Shown here piece by piece: positions 11,879 through 30,554 of a stretch of 64,000 nucleotides of DNA; the first letter of the stretch is position 1, and each line of letters begins with the position of its first letter. The DNA comes from Eledone cirrhosa (lineage: Eukaryota). The translations under genes and the position numbers were made by a program. Under the pieces are notes generated by a model. It searched no databases. It was not told the origin of the DNA and saw nothing but the letters and a program-made list of their open reading frames with translations. The stretch is from assembly GCA_964016885.1 (NCBI GenBank), contig OZ024741.1, positions 166,470,001-166,534,000 of the forward strand, in the 5' to 3' direction.

Positions 11879-13169
11879 AAAAAAATAATGATTTCTGATT
11901 TAGGCACAAGACCAACACTTTCTATCTTTCTCTGTATTCAGGCCTGGAGAGGGGTGGGCTTCGCCTGGCTTAAAAAACCCAAGAGACGTCGTATGTCAAT
12001 ACGGCACCCCTACGTCTATATCAGGAGTTACATGGTTATACATACATAATGTTTGCGTCTGTTTACGAATGAGTTTTTTTTATATATAGCTATTACTATT
12101 TTATCTGTACGTTTTATCGTTGGCAGGGACTTTCCTTGATCCATCTTATAGCTATTTCAATTATTCAACTATTTTCCACATTTAGATTATTGTCATATAC
12201 AAAAATGTTTATATTTAGATCATTCTACTCTTAGATCTTTCTCCTTTTTAGCAATGTTCACATTTTCGTTAGTATAGTTCTGCTTCAGATTTTATTGGTC
12301 GATATTGAGAAAAGTATGCTTCACTGTTATATTTACTGCGTTTTGCTATTTATTTTGTTGTTTTTTACTTCCTATTATTCTGTCTTTGTAATCTATATTC
12401 TCGACTTTTATAGTTTAATGTTATCATTTGTACCATGTCTAAAATGTATTTATAGCTCTTATTAGTTGCTTTTTATACAATTTCTTTATCTCTTAATAGT
12501 ATCCCATTACTCCACAATAATCACAATAGTTTTCCTAATTTGTTTTCATCATATGTCTAATATTTTTTATCTCAAATTTGTTTCCATGTAGTGTTTACTC
12601 CAAAGAGTCTACTTGATGTGCGTTCATTTCAAACAGCCTCAAGTCTTGTATAAATAAGTTAATTATACAAGACTACCTTTCGTTATACACACATCTCTTA
12701 ACATTTACAGTGTTAATGTTAAAAATATCATGACTATTACAATAAACTAAAGAGATCAGCTACCAGCCTACGAAAATTAATACTTACTAAATCTTCACCA
12801 GTGACACAGATTTTTTTTATTATTTGCTTTCTTGTATTTTGCGTTAAATATATCGTCTGCAAACATTCAACTATCCAAGAATATAGTAGAATTCTATTGC
12901 AAACATTGTACATCATATTCTACAATCTTGGCGTAACTAATTGCTTCCAATATCTCTGCTATTTCTATGGCATCGCTTCCGCTCTAATGGTAATGTAGCC
13001 TTATATATATATATATATATATATACATGCACACACACACACACATACGCATATATATATATATATATATATATATACATGCACACACACACACACACAC
13101 AGATACGCATATATATATATATATACATGCACACACACACACACACAGATACGCATATATATATATACA

Positions 13170-13229
<60 letters not shown>

Positions 13230-13722
13230 TACGCATATATATATATGTGTGTATGTTTGTGTGTGTGTGTGTGTGTGATCTTAAATACAGTTTCTACATC
13301 AGTGATTTGCAGACATGTTATTAGTCTGAAGTTATCTAATGATTTGGCTTTGTTTGATTCTTTCAAATATTAAACAGTGCTGCCTTCCTTCGTTACTATT
13401 TCGGATACCAGCCAAACATAGAGCCCCTACGTGGTCACTCGATCTGTTAAAAATAGTTATTAAATCTCTCTCAAATATCACACTATCGTTAAAAAATGAA
13501 GGATGACAGTGGATTACGTAATCCTAGATATAACATATCTGAAATAAAAGTCTTGACAGGAGTACTTTTGACTATAGATCTGTAGGATCAGGACGGACCA
13601 ACAATAACAACTCTTTCTTTCATACAGTGAATTAAGTTTCCGTAAAATTAATTTTTTGTAAAAAGTGATTTTTTTTTTTTTTTTTTCAAACTGATACCTT
13701 TGCGCGGCCTTGGTGTTAGAGA

Positions 13723-16103
<2,381 letters not shown>

Positions 16104-16868
16104 TATACATACATACATACATACATACATACATACATACATACATACATACATGCATACATACATACATGCATACATACATACATGCATGCATACATAC
16201 ATACATACATACATACATACATACATACATACATACATGTCTATGTTAGAAACTGACTCTCTCTCTCTATTGGTAAAACTTTGTGAAATTATAAAACCAG
16301 AAGAACATACATACATACATACATACATACATACATACATACATACATACATACATACATACGTGAATGTGTTTATATTTAATACCATCACCACCATCAT
16401 AATTATCTTGAATGATACACGGAAACCTCATTTCAAAATACTATATTTTTAATGATATAATCGAAACGTTTTTCTTCACTGCTAAACAACATGACTCTTT
16501 CCACGATTTATTTTAAATGAATATTTTAAGAATGGAGTACAATAGAAATAAATGTGGCAAAACCACTTTTATAATCGTTCTGGAGAAGGGAGGGGGTGTA
16601 CTTGTTTCCTTTCAGTATTTGTTTATTTTGTTTGTTTGTTTTTTTTATTTTTCATAAAAGATAGAAAAATGTAGATTTATTTATTCATCATAAATATATT
16701 TTTGAAAAGTTCGTTCACCAGAAAAAAAAAAAAAATGATTGAAATAATATGGATGTTTTCTTTTCTTGCTGCAATACATATAAATGGATTATAAGAAGAT
16801 AAAGTATGTTATTGTTGTTAGACATATTTCGCAATAATTCAACAATTGAAAGAAATTACTCTTACGTA

Positions 16869-16931
16869 GAAAATAAATTCGCTACTACTACTACTACTAC
16901 TAGTAGTAGTAGTAGCGAATTTATTTTCTAC

Positions 16932-16968
<37 letters not shown>

Positions 16969-16990
16969 GGTGGTGGTGGTGGTGGTGGTG

Positions 16991-17034
<44 letters not shown>

Positions 17035-17135
17035 GGTAGTAGTGGTGGTGGTGGTGGTAATAGTAGTGGTGGTGGTAATAGTAGTAGTGGTGGTGGTGTT
17101 GGTGGTGGTGGTGGTGCTATAAGTAGTAGTAGTAG
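16869..17135. repeat. Palindrome centred on (TAC)n/(TAG)n followed by a mosaic trinucleotide tract (TAG/TGG/TCG)
   Basis: gaaaataaattcgc(tac)n(tag)n-cgaatttattttc, then in-phase triplet switches. Confidence 0.9.
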
Positions 17136-17232
17136 CACTTAGACAAAACAGGGGGATAAAATAGAGATATTTTACGAAATCATTGACAGAAGCATAACAG
17201 TTTTATATCTAAATCACATTGAGGGTTACTTG

Positions 17233-18296
<1,064 letters not shown>

Positions 18297-18413
18297 CGTG
18301 TGCGATGTGTGTGTGTGTAAGTGCGTATGTATTCATGAATATATATATATATGAATACACACACACATGTATATGTGTGTGTGTGTGTTTATATATATTA
18401 TATATATATAACT

Positions 18414-18596
18414 ATTGGCAGCATCGGTAGAGAGTCGGACGCCATGCTTTGCAGCAAAGATTTACGGCCCTTTATGATGTGTGTTCAAATCCCGCCGAGG
18501 TTAACTTTGCCTTTCATCCTTACGGGGTCGATAAAATAAACTACCAGTAATGTACTGGGATAATTGGTGTACTTGTACCAAAAGTAGAAACAATTA
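18414..18596 (+). mobile_element. tRNA-derived Meta-like SINE
   Basis: Same core and tail. Confidence 0.85.
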
Positions 18597-18614
18597 CATA
18601 TATATATATATAAC

Positions 18615-18664
<50 letters not shown>

Positions 18665-18665
18665 C

Positions 18666-18759
<94 letters not shown>

Positions 18760-18760
18760 C

Positions 18761-18816
<56 letters not shown>

Positions 18817-18865
18817 ATATATATTATATATATATAACTATTATATATATATATATATATATATA

Positions 18866-19195
18866 TTGCAAAATGTGTGAGATCCTTGGTACAGTTAGGT
18901 ATATTTTTAAAAAAACGAAAAGAATGACTTCCCTTGTAGTGTTAAAAAAATTTGATTTAATTTTATAATATTATAATATTATAAAATTAAATCAAAGTTA
19001 GAGTTACGGCCCTTTCTATTCTGAGTTCAAATCCCGCCGAGGTCAACTTTGCCTTTCTTTCTTACGGGGTCGATAAAATAAAGAACTAGCAATCTACTGG
19101 GTAATTGCTGGCCTTGTGCCAAAAGTAGAAACAATTATAAAATTAAATCAAAATTTTTTAACACAAGGGAAGTCATTCTTTTCCTTTTTTTCAAA
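18866..19195. mobile_element. Inverted-arm mini-element (18909-18969 / 19136-19191) with a 5'-truncated SINE at 19001-19137
   Basis: aaaagaatgacttcccttgt...tttgatttaattttata and its reverse complement; about 40-nt extra tail on the left. Confidence 0.7.
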
Positions 19196-19386
19196 TATAT
19201 ATATATATATATATATATTTGAATATATATATATTTGAATATATATATATTGAATATATATATATTTGAATATATGTATATATATATATATATATACATA
19301 ACCTATATATATATATAGGTTATGTAACTGTTATTGAAACACGTGTCAATAAATTCCTTTTAACTGAACTGTATCCATTTAAATCC

Positions 19387-19491
<105 letters not shown>

Positions 19492-19793
19492 ATAACAAGA
19501 TATCGTTATAGGCTGGAGGTTGTGAACACTTCTTATCATGGATAGTTTTAGCGTACTGCGTTGTATGACTCAACAATATATATATATATATAATAAATGT
19601 GAAGACTAAAATCCAAATTATACATATATAATAGTAGTGAGTATAAAAGAAGTTGCAACTACAAGTAGTAGATGCGCATCCGATTGAATTTCGAAGACTG
19701 TCACGAAGCACTCAATGATACAGTAATTTAGAAATTGCTCCTCAGGGTGAACACAATAAGTTAGGTGCTAGTGGAACAAGGAATAATGCGTCC

Positions 19794-20310
<517 letters not shown>

Positions 20311-20593
20311 TAGAAGAACTGATTCATTTTAGACCAAACGCACTGTTATTTCTAACATAGCCATTTGACTGCCTGAATCCGCATATTATTCGTACGTTCC
20401 TCTCCATTGAATCTATGTTGACTGGCCGTCTATAATGTGTTTAGTAAGATGAATTTCTACTGATGATTGAGTGTTTTATCTTAAGGTTCTTTCCATTTCT
20501 CTGGCACCCATGAAACAGTTGTATAGAAATATTGGAATTTTACCGTCTATGTAAGTTCTTTGACTTTCTATCCGATTTTTCTTTGGCAATGCA

Positions 20594-20671
<78 letters not shown>

Positions 20672-20674
<3 letters not shown>

Positions 20675-23583
20675 TATCTTATATATAAAGTGAAGTTGGG
20701 CGTTGTTTGTTTGGTGTCCCGATTTTGCAGGCTACACCATTCATCCGATTTTCATGAAACTTGACACATATATAACAATCGACCCGTAGATTGGAATAGG
20801 CTACTTGAAAATTTCGAAAAATCGATAATTGGGCCCCCAGAAGCCAAAAATCAATATTTTCAAAAATCGTCTTATTTCGATGAAACTCGTCGCAAGTATG
20901 TATTTTGATCCGGGAATGAACATGGGCTACATTAAATTTTCGAAAAATCGAGCTTTTGATCACCAGAAGCAAAAATTCGATATTTACGAAATTTGTCCGA
21001 TTCCAATGAAATTTGACGTAGCTATGTATTTTGAATATGTAGCTATGTACTTGAAATTTTCAAAATATTGATAAAAAATCCGCCATTCTTCTTGCTTCCA
21101 TTTGTCGCGACACCAGCCATGCAAAAAACGTTCAATCTATCAGGATTATCCACTGTAAGTCTCTTTAAATTAACGCTCACCATATTCAGCAAACCTTTTA
21201 TGCCGATTCTTCCATTTCTTATATAAGGACTATCAAGACTATACCGCCGCGCATGATCCTGTATTGCGCCCAGTCTTCTCAAGCGATCGTCGAGCTTTCA
21301 TGCGCTCTCTTCATTCCCGTGGTCCCACTACTGTAGCATAATGAGGCATCCGTCAACCCCTGCTCTCTCCATTCCCTGCACGCCGTCGACCCACTGCATC
21401 GTTGTGAATCACCATGCGCATCTCTGCCTTGTCAGCCGCAATTCATTCCTCGGCCCTTTCCATTGCCTGCCTTTCGTGGTCCCTAAGTACTGCAACGGCT
21501 CAACATGCCGAATCCCTGCCACCGTCCACCCCTGCCCATTTCCATTGCCTACACTCCGGGAGAGCTCAGGACTTCGATGCCTGACCAAGCCGCATCCCTG
21601 CCACCGTCAACCCCTGCCCTCTCCCTTCCCTGCACGCCGTCGTCCCACTGCATCGTCATGCCTCACCATGCCGCATTACTGCCCTGTCGGCCACCATCCC
21701 CTCCTCAGCCCTTTCTTTTTCCTGCCCGCCGTGCTCCTTCAAGACTCCCATGGTTATCTATGCCGCATCAATTCCTTGCCACCCGCTTAAACGTCATCAG
21801 CATGGCTTATTGTTGCCCATTTGACCACCGATTTTCGCAGGCTAAACACAATACCAACGTGCACGATAGTCCATGGGAATTACATGTTCATCATGCTAAG
21901 CAAAGGATGAATAGCAACTCTTTCATTTCTCCTGACATGCCTTTCTGTCAATTATGGCCGAGAAGCATCCTGTGTAGCATCGCGTCTTCTCAAGCGATCA
22001 GCGTGCCTGCCACTGTCCTCACAATTGACTCACAACGCCGCATCTATTCCCTGCGACGCCCCTAAACATCATCAGCATGGCTTATTTTTCTGCCGCGTTT
22101 AACCGGCCCTCATTCTAGGCCATAAACAACAAAACCGCACGATGACGCTGCGTAAGTCTATTTAAATTAATGGTCAACATGTTCAGCAAAACAATTGTAC
22201 CAATTCTTCCTCTTCACCTCCAAGGCTTATCCATTACATCTTAGTGGTCGGGATTCGCAATTTTTACGATTTCAATATTGACACAACAGTCCGTCAGGTT
22301 TTTCTGCACATGTTGCTCCGATAGGAATATCAACGTGATTTTCACTTAATTCCTAAGTGTTCAGTCTTCCGTATGCTTTTATTTTTTATTGATACAACAC
22401 CGACTACAATAATCTAACTTCACTTTGTAGGCTAGACGCGAATCACAAGGAAAACAATCCTCTGATATACAACCCCACCAAATTCTTTGGTCTACCTAGA
22501 TTTCAATGGCTATATCCTTTGCTTTTGTACGATTGTACATTTGACAATGTCGCAAAACATTATTCCACTTGATTCTTACCTTTCAGCTATGAATTGGGCT
22601 GTGCCTTAAAATCCCGGTTTATTTGCGTGCAATTTTTTGGTATCTTATGAATGGAGAATCGAAAACCCTTTTTCTAATAACCTGATACATGCGTTACACA
22701 TGCTCCATGGATGTTTGTGGACTATTTTTTTTAAATACCAATTCACAGATTGGAGCACAAAAAGAAACGTTTGTTCTTCATTTATTTCTGTTAAAGCATC
22801 CTGCTGGAATTTAGCGCAGACCAGTTTAAATCCAGCGCCTTATAACCCCGAGTGTAACCGGGTACACCAGCTAGAAGACAAATGGAAACATTGTTTCTTC
22901 GGTCCGATTTGACGAAAGTCGATTTAGTTCCACAACAAATTAATAAACCATACTTGAAGACACGTTGAGGCTGTTGTAAAAGGCAATAACCCTAGACACA
23001 ATTTTGATCAACTTTTTTTCATCTATAGCAAATTTACCGGGACAGGTTTTTAGCTACTCAAATCTACTTCAGAGGTCACGCATTCATGTAAAAAATCAAT
23101 AAAACCGAAGCGGGGTTCGACTTTGCGCAAAAAACAAGGCAAAGTTGCACATGGGAAAACATTTTACAGGAACGTCCGATTTTCTTGATAACTGTCGCAA
23201 AAGACTCGCCATTATCATTATGCCGCGGTTCAGATAAAGACCCTTTTATTTCTTCTTCTGCACATGTGAGCGCGAAAATTGTAAAAAAAAAAAAGGTGAA
23301 AAAATCGACTTTTTCACCCTGCTTTAAAAATCAGCTGAAAAGTCAATTTCAAGTGAATTTGATTTCCGTCAGTCGTGCAAAGAACAATTTCAACGATACA
23401 CTGTGAACCTACAATTGATCCATTATTTATGCTCAATTACACACCTGCGTCTACTAACCTCTGTTTTTTTCCTTGACGTTTGAAGGGTTTTGCACCTGTG
23501 ATGCGCGAGAAGTAACTTTCACACATTTTAACAACAGAGCAAAGGTCGATTTACACCCGGGCAACGCCGGGTATTTCTGCTAG
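20672..23583 (+). mobile_element. Non-autonomous Helitron, 2.9 kb, inserted in (TA)n
   Basis: 5' TCTTATCTTATATATAAAG; 3' cccgg-gcaacg-ccggg-tatttctg-CTAG|T; same 3' hairpin as 5275-6469. Confidence 0.88.
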
Positions 23584-23599
23584 TATATATATATATATA

Positions 23600-26500
23600 T
23601 ATTATTCAAAATGTTAATAAATGAAAAATATTCTCATAATCAAAATATATATTTTATTATACATATTTCAAAGGTACAATGGTGTTTAAGTACGTTTTCA
23701 TCAGACAAAATATATGATTTGCTATGTGACATACCGCTACGGTTTTGGTTATTAAATTCCAGTATTGGCAGTGATTTATTTCATCAAATCTCAACGTTTT
23801 TATATCACAAATAATATGATAAACTTAAAGAAGAAAAGGGCGTAGAACAAGTTAGAAATATAAGAGGGCGGGGGTTCAAAGGAGAGGAAAAGGCAATAAA
23901 TAAATAAATAAATGAATGAATGAATGAATGAATAAATAAATAAATGGATGAATGAATAAAAGAAGAAAAGAAATACATAAAAGAAAAGAGGAATAAAGAC
24001 AAAAGAGAGGGAAGATGTGGGGAGAGAAAAGAGGAAACGAAGGGGAATTATGGAAAACGAAGAAAAAAAAGAAAAAAATATGAAATAGAAGGGAATAAAA
24101 AACCGTTCTATTCAAATACTAGATAAAATAAGAAATCACATATATCAATGAATATCGCTTGTATTGGATTATGCTTTAGCTAATTATACTTTTATATTAT
24201 ATCTAGATTATTAGGTATAGATTACTTTCTATAGCAATCACATATTTAAGTTAATTACAAATTTATATAATTTAATTTAGCTCATTATAGATTATTATAA
24301 TTTTTAATTTTAAGGTAAGATATTCTATTAATATTTTACTATAACTTTAAAAGAATTAATCTTTAAAGCATATTTAAATAATTATTAAATATGTGTTAAA
24401 ATATAATACCGTATATCAATACATGAATACATATAATATATTTTGTTCATTTATTATCCAAATTAATTTATTGTAATTTTAGAAATTCGTTTTATAAAAG
24501 TTTTACTATTCTTTAATTTTCATTTCTTAGAATCCAACTGTGGTTATATTTACTCTTTATAATTTTATTTCATTTATTTAATGAATGGTTATATTTACTT
24601 TTGTATTTAATTATTTTGATATATAGTTTCCTTTTAATGATAGTCTATATATTATTAAACTTCATATTTCATATTTATTATGTTTTATCAAGCTAGTCAA
24701 AAAGAAATTTTTACGGACAATGTAAACAAAAGGAAGATAACTCATTCACCATATACTAGAATTTATAACTTATCTCTACTCTCACGTCCAGCGATATTTC
24801 AAAAGCCATAAATCATCTATTGTATATATCGTAATTGATGCCTAATTAAATATTGAACTATTCTAATCAAAGCATAGGATAAAGAGCCTCTTAATGAAAT
24901 TATTTCAATACATATAAATATCAATAAATTAGTACTTCAATAAGGCAAAATTTATATATATTTCAATTATTAATTGTCATTATTTTTTTGAAACTGGTAC
25001 ATTGCCTGGAAATTTCTACCAATGTTATGGTGACAACTACTAAATAAATCATTTTTTTGTTGATTAATTGTCATAGTTTGTGATTATCTGTAGAATCTCT
25101 TCATTGCAAAGATTGAAAATTTCTGAGATTGTTGAGTTCTGGTAGGAAGTAGCATCCTTTAATTTCCTCCAAAAGATGGAGTATTTAATATTATTGTCCT
25201 TTAAAAACCATACTAATTGCGAAAGAGAAGTTGAAAATTTCTTATCTGGTCTATTAAAAGTATGTCTATTATTATACCAACGTTCCTTAAATTTAGATGA
25301 GGTGGCACCTATGTAATTATATATATTATTATTTGCCTTAATGGTACATTTATATACTAGATTTTTGTGAAGGCAATTATGTTGTAAAGGACATTCAGAC
25401 CTCTTTCTACAATTATATTTCTTCTCAGTGTTATTTGCAGACGTTATACTATTCACATTATTATTTAAAGGTGTTCTACTATTATTCGTGTTTAAACTAT
25501 TATTATTGTTATTCCCATTAACTAATATATTGTTATTATTATTATTACTGCTAATTATAGGTTGGTTCAAATTAAGATTTTTATTATTTATTTTTGCTAT
25601 ATTTTGAGCAATATTCATAGTTGTTGAGTAAGATAGTTTAGCTGTGTCTATTGAAGATAGGGTAATATTTATGTGACCTAGGGAAGCATTTATCCAAAGC
25701 TTTAAAAAAATAAATGTGCTACAGGTGTTTTAATAGCTAAAGATGCTGGTGGAGCATACCAAATTATAGATCTAGTTCTTATTTTTTTCTTCGATTTATT
25801 CATCCAGTTGTTTTTATATTCGATTTTATTGTGATTATTGTGATTATAATTAATTTTATTTTAATGGATTTCCATATTTTTTTCTATATACTCAATATTA
25901 CTGTCATATCCAGCTTTATGTAACGCTTCATGATAATATATAGCCTTACTATTAAATATGGATCTATTAGCTGATAGCCTGAATATTCGTTGTTGTACAC
26001 TGTTGACTATTGCGTTCTTAACACTTTTAGGATGATTAGAATAAAAGCTAACATAATTTAAGATCTCATTGACTTTATGGAAAGGATAATAAAGGCCTGA
26101 GTTCAGATTTAGAGTCACGTCTAAAAAATTGACTATCTTATTATTTTCTACTTGTAATTTCAGTTCATAATTTAAAAAAAATTCTATAATTACTTTCTTT
26201 ACTCTATTTAATTCACTATTGTTATGTTTTTCTACAATAAATAGTATGTCGTCCCTATATAAACCTCCGGTAATTTCCGGCAATTTTCTATTTATCATGT
26301 TAAGGATAAAAATGCCCACAAGATCTGTAACTTGTGCCGAATCTGACGAACCCATAGTAATGTCAAAATTCTTCTGACTATCTGCCCTAGTCCAAAGATC
26401 ATTATTAAAATCAATCAAGGTTCGCCTTGCTGTTAATATATGTATCTCCTCACTAGATAGGTCTGTGTATTTATATGCATATGATAGCGCCTTATTTAAT

Positions 26501-26997
26501 AGACTAGGAGTTATCGAGGAATAATAACTGGCTATATCCATTTGAATGAACTTATAATTATGTTTATGTTTAATATTTTTTAATCAATCTATAACTTCAC
26601 TAGTGCCTTTCGATAGATTTAGCTGTGATTTCAATTTAAGTGTTGGTAAAATCCTATCTATTATATTTTTTACTAATTATACGAAAATCGGATTTAGAAG
26701 GTGCTATGAATCTAACTGGTAAATCGTCCTCAAAGTTTCTTTTATGGTCTTTAAAATTAATCCGCGGCTGTTTTGGTATGAAAGGTTCTGTCTTCCGCTC
26801 TATTCCAAGATTAGTGAAAATGTTTAATGCCTCATTATTAATGTCCAATATATCATCACTTGGGGCCTTTTTATAATTTTTTCTCAATTCTTTTAAAATT
26901 AAGTCATTATAGTTTATTCTTTCCATCCCATATAGGTTATTCGTTTTATCTGATTTCACTAATATCTTATTTATTATTTGCATGTCAATAATTTTAT

Positions 26998-27000
<3 letters not shown>
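23600..27000 (-). mobile_element. Naiad-like PLE, 5'-truncated: RT + GIY-YIG pseudogene (about 24990-26985), 1.4-kb 3' UTR, HHR, (TA)n at both ends
   Basis: KSDKTNNLY (DKT motif), PVRFIAPSKS, DIASYYSSI, ITMGSSDSAQVTDLVG, GLYRDDIL, CRKRSECPL, LVYKC...YIGAT...FKERWYNN. Confidence 0.93.
23651..23711 (-). ncRNA. Type I hammerhead ribozyme (family A) at the PLE 3' end
   Basis: Same motif as 8798-8858. Confidence 0.82.
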
Positions 27001-27068
<68 letters not shown>

Positions 27069-27319
27069 AGATTAAAGTTTAAGCGATTCTTTGCTTAAAC
27101 TTTAATCTGTCATTTTAATAAATATTTGCTCTGCGGTTTTTATATATATTTATATATATGTTATCCTTACCGAGCCCTCTTCGGATTTTAGTCTTCACAT
27201 TTATTATTATTACTATGCATATATAAACCAAATATTAATATGGTTCGTTGATTACTCAAAGAATACAATATTACAATAGATTAGAAGCACTCAACGGTTG
27301 ATTTTCCTGGAGTTTTTAA

Positions 27320-27659
27320 TATTATTAAAAATGTTAATAAATGAAAAAGATTCTCATAATACAAAATATATATTTTATTATACATATTTCAAAGGTACAA
27401 TGGTGTTTAAGTACGTTTTCATCAGACAAAGTATATGATTTTATATGTGACATACCGCTACGGTTTTGATTATTCAATTCCAGTATTGCCAATACTGGAA
27501 TTGAATAATCAAAACCGTAGCGGTATGTCATATATCAAATCATATATTTTGTCTGATGAAAACTACTTAAACACCATTGTACCTTTGAAATATGTATAAT
27601 AAAATATATATTTTGTATTATGAGAATATGTTTCATTTAGTAACATTTTGAATAATATA

Positions 27660-27660
<1 letters not shown>
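27320..27660. mobile_element. Inverted pair of family-A pLTRs, each with an HHR (27372-27432 minus; 27546-27605 plus)
   Basis: About 165-bp arms pivoting at ccagtattg|c|caatactgg. Confidence 0.88.
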
Positions 27661-27744
<84 letters not shown>

Positions 27745-28096
27745 GAATGTATATATAGTATATTTGGTAATATACCGTATGCTTAATTAAAATCATTTTG
27801 AAGACCATATGCTATCAGTTTTAAAATAGTGACTATGTGACTTACTTCTTTTCTCCGGCGAAAGAAGGGAGAGAAGCTAACAAACTGTTTGTTTCACACT
27901 GTTAGCGATCATCAGAGCACCGTACTCCCACTTTCGCCGAAGATTATAGAAGCTGGATTCTTATAGAATTCCAGTAATAATCAGGAGCTGATTATACAGA
28001 GCGATTGCCGGTCCAGCAAAAATTAGGTATTAGGATTGGTGCTCTGAAATAGCGATGTATACATGAATGTATGTATAGTATATTTGGCAATATACC

Positions 28097-28163
<67 letters not shown>

Positions 28164-28251
28164 CGTGTGCGTGTGCGTGTGTGTGTGTGCGTGTGTGTGT
28201 ATATATATGTATATATATATATACATGGATATATATATATATACATGCATG

Positions 28252-28283
<32 letters not shown>

Positions 28284-28353
28284 CATGTATATATATATAT
28301 GTATATATATATACATGTATATATATATATTCATGTATATATATATATACATG

Positions 28354-28401
<48 letters not shown>

Positions 28402-28417
28402 TATACACACACACACC

Positions 28418-28462
<45 letters not shown>

Positions 28463-28512
28463 ATATATATATATATATATACATGTATATATTTATATAT
28501 ATATATATATAT

Positions 28513-28558
<46 letters not shown>

Positions 28559-28581
28559 ATATATATATGTATATATACATG

Positions 28582-28632
<51 letters not shown>

Positions 28633-29312
28633 GAAAGGTATAGAAAGTATTGTAGTAAGAAGCCAACAGTATTCCATAATATATAAATGACTATAGCGTC
28701 AAAATGGGAAAATAGTTAACGTAAGATGGAAAAATTAAATTCAAAAAGAAACAGGATATAGATTTATCCAACAGAATTTAGTGAAATCCATGGAAAAATC
28801 ATTAGAGCCTTAACTCCTAATAAAATAAAGTTTAAAATACTCATCCTTCAATTTGGGACAACTACAAATGCTCTGTATAGTCTTGAAAAAGACTATTTCA
28901 CGAAAACTTTCAGTGGAGATTGTCACGGTTGGAATACGATCATCAGCAGAGCTCAACACGATAGCCAGATTCTCACTAATTAATATGCCAAAAAGGGAAT
29001 TTAAAAGCAGGCTAGTTTAACATCATGCGTGATTATGAAAATAAAACGCACATGTGGAAAAACAGGGCTGGTGACGTCAGAATGAGATGAATGTTTGTTT
29101 ACATGAAACAACAGTCAAAAACATTCCGAAAACAACTCTCTATATATATATACATGTATGTATATATATATATATATATATGATTATATGATAAGAATCG
29201 ATCTTCTAACGACTATACCGTCGGATCTTCATATGCTATTGCGTCTATATTATTCTACAAACATGCTTATGAGGAAAACGTTTGTCTAGACAATTTCCTC
29301 CCCTTGACTTAT

Positions 29313-29363
<51 letters not shown>

Positions 29364-29679
29364 AATAATTGACAGGAGGCCGGGTTAACTATATGGAATG
29401 ACCAGTTCTATCCAGTAGTGAATATATATTTCTAATATATTCCTTCCATATACTGTACCGATTGAAAATTTCTGTTTACCTTTTACATATATATATATAT
29501 ATGTATATATATATACTGTATATATATATGTATATATCTAGGGAGTGTAACTTGGAGTTACTGTTGGTTCACCTGGGTGAGCACTCGATGTTTAGGTTCA
29601 CTTCTATGCCGAGGTGTAGAGCTATACAGCGTATTATATTGAAAAGATTGCTGGCCTTGTGCCAAAAGTAGAAATAATT

Positions 29680-29935
29680 ATATTTAAAAGATAACAAGGG
29701 CGATTGGTTACTCCTTCATACTTATCATATAGCATGTATTCATTTTCTCCTAGCATTTTGAGGGGTCCGTCGAGCTGCGGATTATTGAGTCGGGTAAGAT
29801 CAATACAGATCGAACCTTGAGCTGATCAGTGGCGAAACGCGTGTCACCTACCAATAAATGTAATGAAGGAGTAACCAATCGTCCTTGTTATCTTTTCAAT
29901 ATGTATATATTAGACTATTTGAGTTTATAACTCTA
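29680..29935 (+). mobile_element. Mini-element with about 39-bp inverted ends, tail and an atypical HHR-like core
   Basis: aaaagataacaagggcgattggttactccttcat / atgaaggagtaaccaatcgtccttgttatctttt; internal CCTTGA gct...ggc GAAA cgcgtGTC. Confidence 0.65.
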
Positions 29936-29937
29936 TA

Positions 29938-30018
<81 letters not shown>

Positions 30019-30108
30019 CACTGAAGCCATCTCTTCAAGGCCACAATGAATTCTAACAAAATTATTGCCCCCCCCCCCCCATAAACAGGTGGAAACCAAT
30101 ATATATAC

Positions 30109-30182
<74 letters not shown>

Positions 30183-30402
30183 GTGAGGTTTTTTTTACAG
30201 AATGAAAAATAACCGAGGTGTCCTACACAAGTGAAAGTATAAAGAAAAAAAGATGAAATCGAAAATGCAACTGGAGTCTTATTTAAAAAAATATATATAT
30301 TTATTTGGTTCCTTTACCGGTTTCGCAGTTCTTCTGCTTTTCAAAAGTAGAGTTGAGATGGAGGGTCTGTGGTTTTTCTCACATCATATATATATATATA
30401 TT

Positions 30403-30472
<70 letters not shown>

Positions 30473-30499
30473 AATATATATATATATAAATATATATAA

Positions 30500-30531
<32 letters not shown>

Positions 30532-30554
30532 ATAAATATATATATATAAATATA

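Noticed and set aside
12060-12990. Possible very old LINE endonuclease fragment (also 33140-33510)
   Set aside because: Too degenerate to support from motifs by eye.
16839-17138. Poly-L/P/R ORF
   Set aside because: Trinucleotide mosaic.
21341-22065. 149-aa and 186-aa Pro/Cys/His-rich ORFs
   Set aside because: No recognisable domain; expected by chance in GC-rich Helitron cargo.
27992-28686. Long ORFs of IYIY/CVCV/THTH/MYVC type (also 7892-8230, 12937-13366, 40472-41066, 49179-50296, 54934-55701, 63170-63756)
   Set aside because: Translations of stop-free microsatellites in several frames; not genes.
28890-28955. CTGATGA...GAAA on the minus strand
   Set aside because: Stems I and II could not be paired convincingly; not counted as an HHR.
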